DNA from: Octopus sinensis
Lineage: Eukaryota
Assembly (NCBI RefSeq): GCF_006345805.1
Contig: NC_043009.1
Coordinates: 15,686,001-15,750,000, forward strand
DNA: 64,000 nucleotides
Direction: 5' to 3'
Each line of letters starts with the position of its first letter. The first letter of the stretch is position 1. Below are positions 26,976 to 40,708 of this stretch, in pieces. The position numbers and the translations under genes were made by a program. The notes beneath the pieces are model-generated. The model was not told the origin of the DNA. It saw nothing but the letters and a program-made list of their open reading frames with translations, and made no database searches.

Positions 26976-27770
26976 CATGTACATGCGCACATATATGTGT
27001 GTGAATGTGTGTCTGTGTTTGCGTGTGCGTGTATGTGTGCGTGCGTATGTATGTATATAGGCTGAGGCGCGTGCCATAATGGCTATGTGTTGCAATCCTG
27101 ATCTTAAGAGTCTATTTTCGAATCCTGAAGTGCGCGTTGTGCAGTGTTTTTGAGCAAAAACTTCATTTTCATAATAGTGTATAAATACGTATGAATAAAA
27201 TGTGAGAGTTGTATGTTTTATCACGACGTGCTAGAATTAGCCTCTAAACAATTATTTGCTCAGACCTCTTCACTTGATAAAATATATTGCATCATCTGAT
27301 GCACTTGCTTGTTCTTAAAGAATTCTATGCAGTTTTCGTCTGCAAACTTCCTCTTCAAATGTTAATTATGTGTTTAAATTTACATCTATTGTCTTTTTTG
27401 TCGATTAGATGTGACATTGTCTCAATTTTCCTCTATACTTTGTGTTACATTCTTTTAAACTGAGATCTAGTATTTCTAAGCGAATCATAATTCCCTAGGG
27501 CACGGACAGTCGAATAGGAACTTCTTTACTATTAGTTTCGAAAAATCAACAACTAAAATATTTAATATAAATCGTATTGTATATTTACCACATGAACTAG
27601 TGTACTGAAAGCAAATAAACAATCCCTTAAACAATAATGAAATCCTATACTTTATCTCTTCTGGCTAATTGCTTAAATCTATTATGACTTAGCGTTGAAG
27701 CAAATAGATTTACGTCTTAAATAACACAATTATTAATGCTCGTTTTGAGGCTGGTTGCATTTATATAAGA

Positions 27771-28115
27771 CTAGCAGTATCGCCCGGCGTTGCTCAGGTT
27801 TGTAAGGGAAATAACTATAAAGCATTTTTAGAGAGTTATAGCCAAAAAATAGCAAAAAAAATGGAAAAAAATGATGGTAAATTTTTTTTTAGTTAAAAAA
27901 GTTGGAGTTGCGTCCCCTAGACAGTTTGCGGTTTGTGTCTCTAATTCTCGACCCCATATCGAATTTATCGCTGCGTTAGTTTTGAATTATGACATTGGGC
28001 TATGTGTGTGTCAAGTTTCATCAGAATCGGTTGAAAGCCGTGGTCAGGGTGAGGGTACAAGCAAACAGACACACAGAAACACGCACAGACAAACTGCCGT
28101 TTATATAGAGAGAGA
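27771..28115 (-). mobile_element. Non-autonomous Helitron (345 bp)
   Basis: Minus strand starts A|TC (28115) and ends with an imperfect GC hairpin (27783-27798) then CTAG|T (27771-27774). AT target and no TSD, as is typical of Helitrons. Confidence 0.8.
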
Positions 28116-28814
28116 TCTAAAGGTCTAACGTTTGTTTCGCAACGGCTGATTGGAAATAATGGCAATAAACAATTAGTTAAAAGTAAATGTTTATCAACAT
28201 TAATCATGGTTAGTTTTTAAAATAATATATTATAAGTTTATGTATCTATTCTACCGAAGCAAAAAGGGAAATTTTGCCAAAGTACAAACTAAAACACGAT
28301 ACAATGCTGAACAAAAAACGTAAACTGTTCATTATATACATTATTTACATTATTTACATGTTAGCAGGCCAGCAAAATGCTTAGCGATAACTTGTTCGTC
28401 TTTACGTTCTGCATTCAAATTCAGTAGAGATCGACTTTACCTTTCTTCATTGGGGGGGGGGGGCGATAAAATAAATTACGGTTAAACACTAGGGAAGATG
28501 TACTCGACTAGCCCAAACAACCCAAACTTATGGCGTTGTGAAAACTTTGAAACCTATATTATTAACATGTATATTATTCCTCAGTTGTAACAACGTATAT
28601 GATATATATATTATTATATAGCTCTGTGGTTAGAAGCTCGCTCTGTAATCACGTGATTTCTGCTTCAGTTGTTCCACTGCACGGTACTATGGGCAAGAGT
28701 TCTTTTCTAGGATTGAGAACACAAACTGTGCACAGTTGGGGAAATTAGCTGCCCAACGGATGTTAATATAAAGCTGAAGATCAGTAAAAAAGAGCATACC
28801 TGCTCTGAACTATT

Positions 28815-29070
28815 GAAAGATCGGCAGTTTCTCTCTCCAGATTACAAGCTCAGGTTTATACATGTAATTATTGGGGCACTGGTATATGTAACACTGCCTA
28901 AATACAAATCTTGAGAAATTAGACTTCTCAAAACCGAAGACTACAGATTCAATCTTTCATTGGAACTGTAAAAAATCTGTAAAACTTTCCAGAAGTTTAT
29001 CATTTAAATATATATGAGCAAGTCTATATATGCAAGATATGCATGAGTATACATACATAAAACATACAAA
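28815..29070 (+). repeat. Unclassified ~260-bp repeat, copy 2
   Basis: See 23050-23320. Confidence 0.85.
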
Positions 29071-29368
29071 TTTGCACACATACATACATGCATATATACA
29101 TACATACATACATACATACATACATACATACATACATACATAATACATACATACATACATACATACATACATACATACATAACCTGTTGTTGATGTTGAA
29201 ATTCCAGTGGTGTAGCCAAATGGTAGAACAATAGATAATTGATTTTTCAGTAATTACTTTCAATTTTATTTCGACTTTTACAGGAATTGATTTTGCGGTT
29301 AATCACCCTGGAACTGATGAAAACAAGTACTAACTGTACGACATTGTTGATTTAATTACGACTAATAC

Positions 29369-29710
29369 AGGCGGTGAGCTGCCAGAAACGTTAGCATGCC
29401 GGACTAATTGCCGCTATGTTCTGAGTTCAAATTCCGCCGAGGTCTACTTTGCCTTTCATCCTTTCGGGGTCGATTAAATAAGTACCAGTTACGCAATGGG
29501 GTCGATATAATCGACTTAATCCGTTTGTCTCTCTGTGTTTGTCCCCTCTGTGGGTAATAAGGAAATAGGTACTTCGTCTGTCTTTACATTCTAAGTTCGA
29601 ATTCCGCCGAGGTCGACTTGGCTTTTCATCCTTTCAAGGTCGATAAATTAAGCACTTGCGCCTAGAGTAGAATACGTATTTCCGTACGTATTCGGGCCTT
29701 GTTATTATGG
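29369..29710 (+). mobile_element. tRNA-derived SINE family B (dimer-like)
   Basis: ggcggtgagctgccagaaacgttagc..gagttcaaattccgccgagg (B box)..gcctttcatcctttcggggtcgat. The B-box block is repeated at ~29590-29655. Confidence 0.88.
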
Positions 29711-30511
29711 AAGAAAAAAAAATGATTCAATCGATAATTTTTACGATGAAATAATGAGTCCATTCTTTAAAAACTGTAAATGAAATAAGACATTTTAATA
29801 TGTTAGTGCATCTGAAAACAACATCCTAAAATGTATCCTGAATATACATTAAATACAATGAAACATAGCAAGGTAATGAACTATTCATAAGTTCAGACAC
29901 GCATCTTATCTTTTGATCATGTTTGAGTTGTTTATTTTCGTATGTTTTAACAAGTGATTTCATGAGAAGGTCGGGTTTATTAACTAATAAGCAACACGCT
30001 GAGATTATTCTCGTCATAGTTTTCCCTACTTAACTGAATCTTCATACATATGTAAACGATAGTAATCTATTTTTATTATTACTTTGTTTGAAATTCAGTG
30101 CTCTTATAAAGAAACAATATACGTGAGGAATTTTAAATGCTATCATTTTATTCATAAATTGTTATAACGATTTAATTTACTCATCTGATAACTTATTCCC
30201 TCCAAGCCTAAAGTATATCTGTATATCAAGAGGGGGAATAATTTTTAATTAAAACATACAAACCGCGAGGCAGGTCTCAGGCAATTAGAACTATCGAAAT
30301 TTGATTGGGTTTTAATTAGCCGCAAGCTTCAAGCATAATTAGCGTGAATTTACTTGTTTACTTGAGAAGCAGTTTTGTCCTCTGGGTATTCTATCTGTTT
30401 TTCATATTCATCAGGAAATAAAAGAATAAAACAATGGACAGTGTCGTATAATTTGTATGTGAATATATATACATATAATACACACACACACATACACACA
30501 CGTATATATAC

Positions 30512-30543
<32 letters not shown>

Positions 30544-31066
30544 GTATATGTACGTATGTATATGTATGTATATGAATATGTGCATTTAGTCAGATGACTG
30601 AAACAAGAGAATATATATATATATAATCCTACGTATTTATGCGTGTGTGGGATTATTTGGGCATGTGTGCGCATGTGTGCGCGAGTTTATGTTTGAGCGT
30701 GCATCTGTGTTCTCCTGTGTGTGCACGTGTATGTGTTTGTGCATCTGTGTATGTTTCCTCTTCTATAGTTGTGTAATTGGAATACCGTGAAGGAATATTA
30801 TCCTGACCTTGAATATCAAATTTTCCTCTCATTTATTCTGAAGACTACTTCAGGAAAGATTTGAATTGTGTTCAGTAAATTACCTTCGCTGAATTGCTAC
30901 ATGAATTTACTTTACTTTCTTTCTCTAGTATAATTGTTCAATTATTGTGGCACTCCATTAAGTCTTTTTCTACACCCTCTGTTAAAGCTTATCACAATTA
31001 TATTTCTTTGTTCATTGTTACAATATTACTTTATATATTAAAAAATGATTAAATAGCTAAATACGC

Positions 31067-31358
31067 ACTACGAACATTTGTCTCTTTTTAACTATATGTT
31101 AACGTCCATTTGATTTCTGCGTGAACAAATGACAGAAGTGATACGGTTGAGACACGGCTCATCTGAGAGAACATGGATCCTGCAATACTCATTCGATCAC
31201 GATGCAGATGGCAATTCATTTCAGTTACATGTTAATTTACTTCAATATGTAATGTTCTCTCGGATGAGCTGAGTCTCAACCGTATCATTTCTGTCATTTG
31301 TTCACGCAGAGATTACATGGAGGGTACATAGAGTTCAAAAGAAACAAATATTCGTAGT
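31067..31358. mobile_element. MITE-like fold-back element (~105-bp imperfect inverted arms)
   Basis: 31067-31173 is the imperfect reverse complement of 31253-31358 (e.g. ctgcgtgaacaaatgacagaagtgatacggttgagac / gtctcaaccgtatcatttctgtcatttgttcacgcag), with an ~80-bp spacer. Confidence 0.8.
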
Positions 31359-31862
31359 TCATCTTAATTTCCACGCGTCTGTGAATAAATTTCGAACTTA
31401 TTGAGTAGCTTAAAGTTCGTGTCATAACGAAGAATTGTAGAGGCATACATCAGAGTAAATATTAAGTTCAGATGGATTATATTACTTGTCTTCACATTGC
31501 AGATATAGTATTCTGGTTAAGGGTTTTGCAACAATCATTTATCTGGCATTCATCTCAGCCCAAGAGAGAATCTAACAAACTCAAATATGTACCGGAAACA
31601 CCGATAAGTCTTCCCCATATGTATTATCACAACAAATTACTCACACACTGATGAACAAAATCTCTTGAGAACCACTTTTAGCAAAAATCAAAATTTCAAC
31701 ACTGTTATAGACATTCCACACACATACACACACACACACCACCACCACCACCACCACCGTACAAAACAAAACATCTCAGATGACAACTGAAAAGCTCTAT
31801 TCCCAAATACATTAACCGACATAAACAATCTGACAAGAAGCAACCAAGATAACCATCATAAC

Positions 31863-32082
31863 GCCTGCGAGCTGGCAGAAACGTTAGGGCGCCGGGCGAA
31901 ATGCGTAACCGTATTTCGTCTGCCGTTACGTTGTGAGTTCAAATTCCGCCGAGGTCAACTTTGCCTTTCATCCTTTCGGGGTCGATAAATTAAGTACTAG
32001 TTACGCACTGGGGTCGATATAATCCCTTTGACCTTGTTTGTCCCCTCTGTGTGTAGCCCCTTGTGGGTAGTAAAGAAATATA
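31863..32082 (+). mobile_element. tRNA-derived SINE family B
   Basis: gagctggcagaaacgttagggcgccgggcgaaatgcg..gagttcaaattccgccgagg..taaagaaata. Confidence 0.92.
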
Positions 32083-32881
32083 TATTACATAACTGATAAG
32101 GAAAATGAAAAACAGAAAATCCAACAATAGACAATCATTTTTATATATCTTGTGAAAAATCTGCTTCGTAAATGTGCTGAAGGGTAACAAGAATACGAAC
32201 TGCCTCGTTTATTCCTTCTAAAGAGAACATGACTTAGACACCTGTTTTCCGACAGACTCTAACAGTCTAATAGCCTCTATAAACGTGCACTTAATTAAAT
32301 AGAAGCCAAATCTACTATTTGTCTCAATATGTAAATTGAGCTTTTCCACTGGAACTTCCAGGCATAGAAAAATAAACTGGTAGATGAAAGAGGAACTGTC
32401 TAAACTGAAATCGAAATTTTATATTCTGATTCCACATATTACTTGGTGTTCATTTTGATGTGAGAAATAAATAAATAAATTTTAATAAGTATGAATCCAC
32501 TCGCATAGCCACCCCACTAATTCTGCGTTTTGAATACTGAAAATATAAGGAACTGTAAACTTGTTTTAATACCATTAACTTTTTATTGGTGAAATATGAC
32601 CTATATAACATTTTATAAATCATATGCAACCCCCACCAACTAAAAGAAACATTATTTCTATAGTTAGTATTAATTTTATTTATAAGAAAAGCACTTTCAA
32701 CGTAAAGAAAATGTTAATTCGTAATGACTATTACGATATGCGATAAAAGAAATTGTGCACAAACCCCAAACGAAATACATGAACAGTGAACACCATAAAA
32801 TAGCATTAATAGTATTTATTATTTAATTACCATCGTCTTTTCCAGTCAAAGTGAGGTAAACTTTCTCTTGATTTCTGTACA

Positions 32882-33070
32882 TCTAGTATAAATAAACCAC
32901 AGTATGTGTGTGTATATTGAGTAACGCATACATTTCCACAGTTCCCAACCGATTCTCACGAAACCTTGTATGTCACAAGGATGCTTATGTACTATAACAT
33001 TTTGCCCAGAGCTCTCGCGTAAAATGGACAAACCGGGAGAAACGGTGGTTTACACGGGTTTTTCGTTGTA
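32882..33070 (+). mobile_element. 5' part of non-autonomous Helitron (same family as 7960-8170)
   Basis: Starts A|TCTAGTATAAATAAA and is the reverse complement of 7960-8170 with substitutions. No 3' end found. Confidence 0.7.
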
Positions 33071-33216
33071 TGTACATAGTTTTATGTATGTAGGGCCTTC
33101 CATACTTTTCAAATTTATATGGCTGTATATCGACATAAAGGGAAAGTGTTTTAATGGTTTTCACATTTTTTAAAATTAATATTTATTAATGTTATAAATT
33201 GTGTATTAATACTTGA

Positions 33217-33477
33217 TTAGAGAATGTTATAAAAGCGAAAGGATTTTATCTATTTATTTATTCCTCTGTCCACCTGTTATTATTTATTCATATTTTGGAA
33301 TTGTTTATCATTACTTCTTTAGAGAATATTATAAAAGTGAAAGGATTTTATCAATTTATTTATTTCGACTGTCCACCTGTAATTATTTATTTATATTTTG
33401 GAATTGTGTATCATTACTAGGTTAGAGAATATCATAAAAGTGAAAGGATTTTGTCTATTTATTTCGACTGTCCACCT
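33217..33477. repeat. Minisatellite, ~102-bp unit x2.6
   Basis: ttagagaat..taaaag.gaaaggatttt..ctgtccacct starts at 33217, 33319 and 33422. Confidence 0.9.
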
Positions 33478-34139
33478 TAGACGGTGAATAAATTGACTAG
33501 CAACACTGTACGCAAATCTCCAAATTTAAACTGCATCAAACATTGGGAAGCTTACCTTCATCTATTCTGAGTTACTTGAAAGGCGATATTCCCTTCCCTT
33601 TCTTTTATTTGTTGATACCTTTTTTTTACCTGCTAATGCGTTGATTCACCTTAAGGATGCTTATTTACCCATCCATTAAATTTCGAACGGGACATTTTTC
33701 ACTGCGAACTGCTAAAGATTCAAAGAAGTATTCGTGATGTGAACTCAAATTTTAAACGTTTTCATTCAATTTTCTTACACCATTTATGAGGCTGTTTCTT
33801 ACAAGAAATTTCGCTTTCATATAAAACAACTATATTTTGTAGTCGTTATTCGTAATCTACTCCCAAAAACACTTTAGTAGCTCTACTTTGCATCGCTTGC
33901 AAACATATGTTTTATGATCATTAAAGTGCCACGACCTTCATAATAACCAGCTTTCAATTTGGTTTTCTGTTCCTATGTTAATCGGAAGCATAGATAGCCG
34001 TGCTACTCATAAACCATTTCGGTAGTTCAATTATTTGGTTTAAAAAATACCACCAAAGCCACTTAAATCGTCCAGAGGATGAGTGTGTTTGCTACTTTTA
34101 TATGAATTTGTGCCTATTTTCGTTACCTTTTCTGACTTC

Positions 34140-34535
34140 AGAAGCTTTCCAGTTTTATATTTAAGAGATGAGGAATTATGTACATTAATTGCATTTGATG
34201 GATATTTGTTCTCATTTTCTTACTGCACAGCCTCTCCCACTTGAGAGATATTTTGTTTAATTTATAAGCAGATTCAATCAGTCTTTCAATTTTTAGGGCT
34301 ATTCGCTCAAACCCAATATAAGCAAGAGGAAATTGGTCCTTTATTTTTTGCACATCTGCAGCAACAATCCGGTACCATATTTTCACTGAAGGTGAAGATT
34401 TGATAACTGTTCTTCACGTTTTCTTATGTACAAATAATGTCGGATTATATCAGCCTTTGATGAGATCATTGCTGTAGGAAATTCTTCAGGAAATCCAAAT
34501 GCTGAATTAGGATTTCTGCTTAAGGTTGCCATTAT
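34140..34535 (-). pseudogene. Possible decayed N-terminus of a hAT-superfamily (hATm-like) transposase
   Basis: MATLSRNPNSAFGFPEEFPTAMISSKADIIRHYLYIRK, then after a frameshift IVAADVQKI..IGFERIALKIERLIESAYKL. Resembles the FG.P..LP..LPT..DV.R.Y and VA..V..IW..I...RI..KI..L N-terminal pattern of such transposases from memory. No TIR or catalytic domain seen. Confidence 0.35.
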
Positions 34536-34886
34536 ATAATTTTGTATGCCTAAATTGTTGCATTTTCAATTTATGGAGGTATTTTTGTAAACTTATAATG
34601 CAATTGACCTCTGAAATAATCTGAAATATAAAAAAAAATTATTTTAAAATGTATACACTTTCTAAAAACAATTCATTTACCATATATTGAAAAGTTGTAG
34701 TTTTACCATGTTGGAGGTGTACTACACACCAATTGTCTTATATCTCAATGTTTTTGCTATTTTTACTCATCAGATGTTTTAAACAAGTTTTTTTACACTG
34801 AAATACGATCAAATGTTTCATATCCATAAGCATTTAGTATATATGTGTTAAAGATTGTATGATTAATATAGAAAATTAGGGTATAT

Positions 34887-35284
34887 GGGCAGGAGTGGCT
34901 CTGTGGTAAGAAGCTTGCTTACCAACCTCATGGTATTGGGTTCAGTCCCACTGCCTAGAACCTTGGCCAAGTGTATTCTACTATAGCCTCCGGACGACCA
35001 AAGCCTTGTGAGAGAATCTGGTTAACGGAAACTAAAAGAAGCCCTCGTATGTATTTATGTACGTGTGTGTATGTGACTGCATCTCTGTTTGTCTCTCCAC
35101 CATCAATTACCAACTGATGCTGGTGTGTTTACGTCCCCTTAAGTTAGTGGTTCGGCAAAAGAGACCGATAGAATAAGTACTAGGCTTCCAAACAATAAGT
35201 CCTGGGGTCGATTTGCTCGACTAAAGGCGGTGCTCCAGCATGGCCGCAGTCAAATGACTGAAACAAGTAAAAGAGTAAAAGAGC
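34887..35284 (+). mobile_element. tRNA-derived SINE family A, full length
   Basis: ggcaggagtggctctgtggtaag..gggttcagtccc..aaggcggtgctccagcatggccgcagtcaaatgactgaaacaagtaaaagagtaaaagag. Confidence 0.93.
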
Positions 35285-36704
35285 GTTACTGCTTGTATGC
35301 ATGTCAATGGGAAGCATAACACTGAGTGTGCAGTTAAGCAGTAGCTGTCATGTTAGGAATGTCTCCCCTGTGGCAGCTTCACATATTCAGCTACACACAA
35401 ATTCAACAGAATAAAGAGAACCGAAATATATCGAACTGAGATTGCTTCACTCCAAACAAAGAACTTCTGTATGACAAAATGTATAGTATCCTGATAAATT
35501 AGACGCAAGTATAACATATCCGGAGCGAAAGATCTATGGCTTTTGATCAACTGGTTTGCACACAGCTTATCCCTATCCGTTCAGAAATGATCTGGGTTGA
35601 AGCACAAAATATTATTCGTTCCTCAATTAAAATGGGTAATGGTCTCTAGATTATGATTATCAGGTTACGTATGATAATAATTAATAGACTATAAATATTT
35701 TGCCCGTGGATATTTATTGAATTTATCAGATATTCACAAACGTTAATCACTGCAGACATTCAATATATCTTAACTATTATACACGCCATCAATGACATTT
35801 CCATCACAATGGATCAGGTGTTACCAGACGGCAGCCTATGAGTAATAACAATATGAGTGAAAAACAACTGATCACTCAGGTAGGGAATTGGATGAATAAC
35901 TAATTCACTAAGAACGACGACGGCGACGACGACGACGGCGACGACGACGATGGCAATGATGATAATCCTCCTCGTGTTCATGATCATTATGATGATTATC
36001 ATAATGCGCATATTGATGATCATGATCATCGTGATGGTCATGATGACAACGATGATAACGATGACGATGATGATGATGTATAAAGTTTGTTTAAGTAGCA
36101 TGTATGAAAACGTCGATGTTAAATATTAAGACTAATTAAAATATAATTGACACATGATAAAATCTGGATGATCGATTTTATAATTGTGAAATGAACTGTT
36201 TCTGACCTTGAATAGATTAAATAATGATCTGATAGAACGTTATTAATTAAGAAATTATATTATGCGGGAGAAAAACCACAATAAAGTGAAATAATAAGAT
36301 TGAAATACAAATCAAAGAGACCCAGAGGGAGTACAGTTTACATGATTACAACACTTGTACAAGTCTTATTGATGAAATTATTATTAGTGGCGAATTTCTT
36401 TCTTTCTTTCTGTTGCTATTTTTGAGCTATTTCTGTGATTGTTGTCTCTGTTGGGGGTTATTATTCTCATTGAAAATACACATTTTGGGATCAGCTAAAC
36501 AGACGATTATGCGGATAAAATTAACTGGAAGTATTATGTTTAAGTAAAAAATGACCTTGTAAGATAATGGGCTACTGAATTGTAAATTACATAAATAAAA
36601 ACTAATTAAATTATTCCAACAAATACCTGGAATATGTATAACTAATTTTTATAAATTTTTTTCTCTGATTAGGATATCTATTTGATACACACACGAATAA
36701 AGGC

Positions 36705-36755
<51 letters not shown>

Positions 36756-37027
36756 ATATACAACAAGCCGAAATCGGAAAGATAATCTGGAACTCGACTG
36801 AGGAAAAATAACTCCAAATGAGCCGTCCTTGTTTTCTTTGTATCATCTATCTGGATGCTTTGCGGTCCCTTTCTTGTGTCACCTAACTGTCTGAATGTTT
36901 TGCGTTCTTGTCCCATTTTGTATTTTTTATATGTGTGTATATATATAATATATATATATATATATAGCGAGAGAGAGGCAGACAGACAGACAGACAGAGA
37001 GGGAGATAGAGATATCTATACACACAC

Positions 37028-37073
<46 letters not shown>

Positions 37074-38668
37074 ATATATACATGCATACATACATACATA
37101 CATACATACATACATACATACATACACACACACATATATACACATATATATGTATATTTACATTCACGCATTCATAGAGAAAGCTTTGCGTACAGAATGA
37201 ATAAACGCTGTACTGTTGGATTAGAAGAGTGCGCAGATCTATAATCACACGATGATGGCGGTTTTACTGCAATCATCTCGACTCGTGAGGCATCTATTCG
37301 TTAGATTGCCGGTGTTGTAACTAAGCTTATTCCGTTTCCTTATGGCATCTCCCTTAAGTATAAGGTATATCCCCTAAGATCTGTTATTATTGTACCTTGA
37401 TCTGCGTCTTTCATGTATTTTGAAAATATTTTTGAAAACCCATTTCCAAAGGTACGTTTATTATTTATTTCCGTAAATATTTAATACATATATTTTTATT
37501 TTACGTTGTATTAATAATAATAACATGTCTAAGAATTCTTTTCGATAAACCAGTATAATTATATTATAATTTATAAAACAATCCTTACTTTATTGTATTT
37601 TATCATAATTTATCCTTCTATTTATACCTTTTGAATCATTCTTTAAAGAAATATTTTATAAAATTTTATAACATTTTGATATTTTGTGTATTTTATATCA
37701 TTATTACACATTGTTTCATAAATGTTTTTAATTTATATTTGATATTTTTATGCATTTGTATAGCCTTTCATATATTTTATAAATGTTTATAATTCATAAA
37801 TAATATTTATTTTGACAATTCATGAGGTGTTTATATATGATGTACTGGATATGGGAATCCTTACTTTAGTAATTTTTTTATCACGGAATATATTCATTAA
37901 ACGTGTATATGTCCAAAATGGGCCAGGTTTTATCATGATCTAAACACTATGCTTAGGAAAAGTCCTAATTGTTATTCTTATATTAAAGGTTTTAAATACG
38001 TTTTAAATTTAATTTCTATCATTATTCTATTTATCGATTTAAATTTTTCAGTTTAATATTATAAATTTCATAAGTTATAACTTACTAAGTCCCGTACCGT
38101 TCAATTCTAATTTCCACCCCTAAAGTTTATATTACTTATCTCCTTTGGTTTTTCACTATATTCCCCTTTAAGTTCATAATCCAATTAATTATTGACTACT
38201 CCATCATTCATTCTTCCATTTATTCCCCTTCCCTATCAGGCACTTCCTTACTAATAACCCTACAACCTACACTTTTGTGTAAAGATAGATATATGGTTCC
38301 AGTACACTGACAGTCTACTAGATTGTTTGACATTAATTGATTTATCACCATTAACTAGAATACAATTGTTAACTCCCAATGGAACTAATTCTAAATGATT
38401 GAAGACGCCAATCTACATAAAATCTCCTAAATATAAGTAACTAGATCACCATGCTTTTTATCCTGACCCCTACTGTTTCCTCGGTTACTCTCTAAATCAT
38501 AATAGGCTTGACGTGGTATGCATTGTTTTCTAAATTCATTCTGCCACAGATAAGACAAAAGAAACAATGTAAATATTTTGAATTCCATTATTAATATAAA
38601 TATGTTTTTAAAAATGGTTATATCCTTATATTTCAAGTCTATGCGGTCATCTAACGAGAACGGTTACT

Positions 38669-38731
38669 TTCAAACTGATGTAATGTTTTCGGTAATCAAA
38701 TAAACGAGACGCTTGAAACGGCCGTAATGAA
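38669..38731 (+). ncRNA. Degenerate type I hammerhead (A9>U)
   Basis: ttca-aa-CTGATGT-aatgttttcg(13 nt)cgagacgctt-GAAAC-ggcc-GTA-a-tgaa. Palindromic helix III acggccgt, partial helices I and II, and one core substitution. Confidence 0.5.
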
Positions 38732-39062
38732 TTGACACCAGGACATCTTTGTTACTCATTTATATTCTGTTCACTTACCTTGGAATTTGCACTTCGGAAA
38801 TACTATAGAAAGAACATTTATAAAAGTAAATATCCGAATTGCCAAGATCGGATATCTTCAATTAGCAGGAACATCAGTTTTAAACACCCCTTTATGGAGT
38901 CTTGATGTTCAATATTTAATTAATATTATCTGGGTGTTCGGATTATACCGACCTAGCAATGTGCCTCAATTTAAGTACCTAATTCAAATGAATCTTAATT
39001 TATTTTACACACGCACACACGTGCACACACATACACACACATGCATACACACACACACACAC

Positions 39063-39159
<97 letters not shown>

Positions 39160-39397
39160 GTCTTATGTAATAGAACAGAGTTTGTGTGGATTCGAAAACT
39201 GAGGTGCCGATTGTGATGTGTGTAGTATCAAAAGATACGGTAATCTTTCGACTACCAAATAAACTATGTTGTTTGCATAACAACTCTTTTTTTACTACCG
39301 ACATACCCTTCAAAACGAGCTCGGGCCGCACAATTTTGCAGTCTTTAGCTAAGGGACGCAACTCTACCTGAGTAATCTTTCAAAGTTATACCGTCAA

Positions 39398-40042
39398 CTT
39401 TGTTATTATTTAACGTAAGGTGTACAAGCCATCTGAATGTGGCTAGCCACATGGGTGGGGTGTTACTGATGCTTTTAGCCCCAGGCGATCAACGTCACCA
39501 GATGGACTTTAGACCCAATCTCAGTGCCCTTGTGTTATTTGCAAAGGGAGGTCATCCTCCCTCGAAAACCTAAGTGCTACATACGGACTATAGTTTCAAG
39601 GTAATTGCCTCTCGTCAACGCATGGTAAACACCGGTTTTCGATGAAGGAGACCCCTTGCAAATAATATTTAACGTTTTTCACAGCAACCACTGTCACTGA
39701 TTTAGAAAAACTGTTTGAAAGCAATAATAAATCTCTGAACGATATATAAACAGTAACCGCTCGACAACGTCCATGCGTTGACGAGAGGCAATTACCTTGA
39801 AACTATAGTCCGTATGTAGCACTTAGGTTTTCGAGGGAGGATGACCTCCCTTTGCAAATAACACAAGGGCACTGAGATTGTGTCTAAAGTCCATCAGGTG
39901 ACGTTGATCGCCTGGGGCTAAAAGCATCAGTAACACCCCACCCCCAGTGGCTAGCCACATTCAGATGGCTAGTACACCTTACGTTGTCGAGCGGTTACTG
40001 TTTATATCTCGTTCAGAGATTTATTATTGCTTTGTTATTATT
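39398..40042. mobile_element. Fold-back insertion with 13-bp flanking direct repeat
   Basis: Arms 39412-39625 and 39771-39985 are inverted and ~97% identical. A second inverted pair is 39718-39770 / 39981-40033. ctttgttattatt occurs at 39398-39410 and 40030-40042. Diverged relatives at ~46330-46560 and ~59697-59870. Confidence 0.8.
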
Positions 40043-40282
40043 ATTTCGTAGATAATCCTATAATGCAAAATATGTTTGTCTGCGTGTTGTTTAGCCCAAA
40101 GTTGCCTCTGATATGGCAGATCTATCCCATAGATACATTTTCTACCAAAAATACTGTAAATTTGTCTTTCTTTTGATGAAAGGGTGTTTTAAGAGAAATT
40201 TGGCTGCAATTTTTAGTAGCTCAAGTTACCAAAGAGGCACCTGTGTGTGAGTGTGTGTGTGTGCATGTGTGTGTGTGTGTTG

Positions 40283-40390
40283 TTTTGCTGTGGCGTGTGT
40301 GTGTTTTGCTGTGGCGTGTGTGTGTTTTGCTGTGGCGTGTGTGTGTTTTGCTGTGGCGTGTGTATGTGTTTGTGTGTGTTTTGCTCTGGC
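40283..40390. repeat. 21-bp minisatellite (gtgtgtgttttgctgtggcgt)x~4
   Basis: Direct inspection. Confidence 0.9.
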
Positions 40391-40626
40391 TCAGATACCA
40401 GGAAACCTCAAAATGACGGAAATTCAAAAGATAGTGCTCCTGGGAACTTCCGTATCTTACGTAAAATACTCTCTATGTACTTATAATTTCTTATGTTCTC
40501 TTAAACATTCTCTAGAACAATACTATATGCAAAACCAAATATATGACACCCTAGGCATAGCACCAACTTGAACTTGTTGTCCCTTGATGTCTCCGGGTGA
40601 GACTTGGAGTTACCTTGTACAAATAG

Positions 40627-40676
40627 AAAGCAAAGGTGAAATATATAAGAAGAAGAAGAAGATTAAAGAAGAAGAA

Positions 40677-40708
<32 letters not shown>

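Noticed and set aside
30375-30420. Minus-strand CTGATGA-atat-GAAA
   Set aside because: No loop is possible for helix II, and helix III is unpaired.
33217-33477. CRISPR-like spaced repeats
   Set aside because: The units are contiguous ~102-bp tandem copies with no unique spacers, in a eukaryotic context.
39635-39670. tcgatga-agg(agacc)cctt-gcaaa in the fold-back element
   Set aside because: It needs two separate dinucleotide swaps to match the core, which is not credible from one copy.
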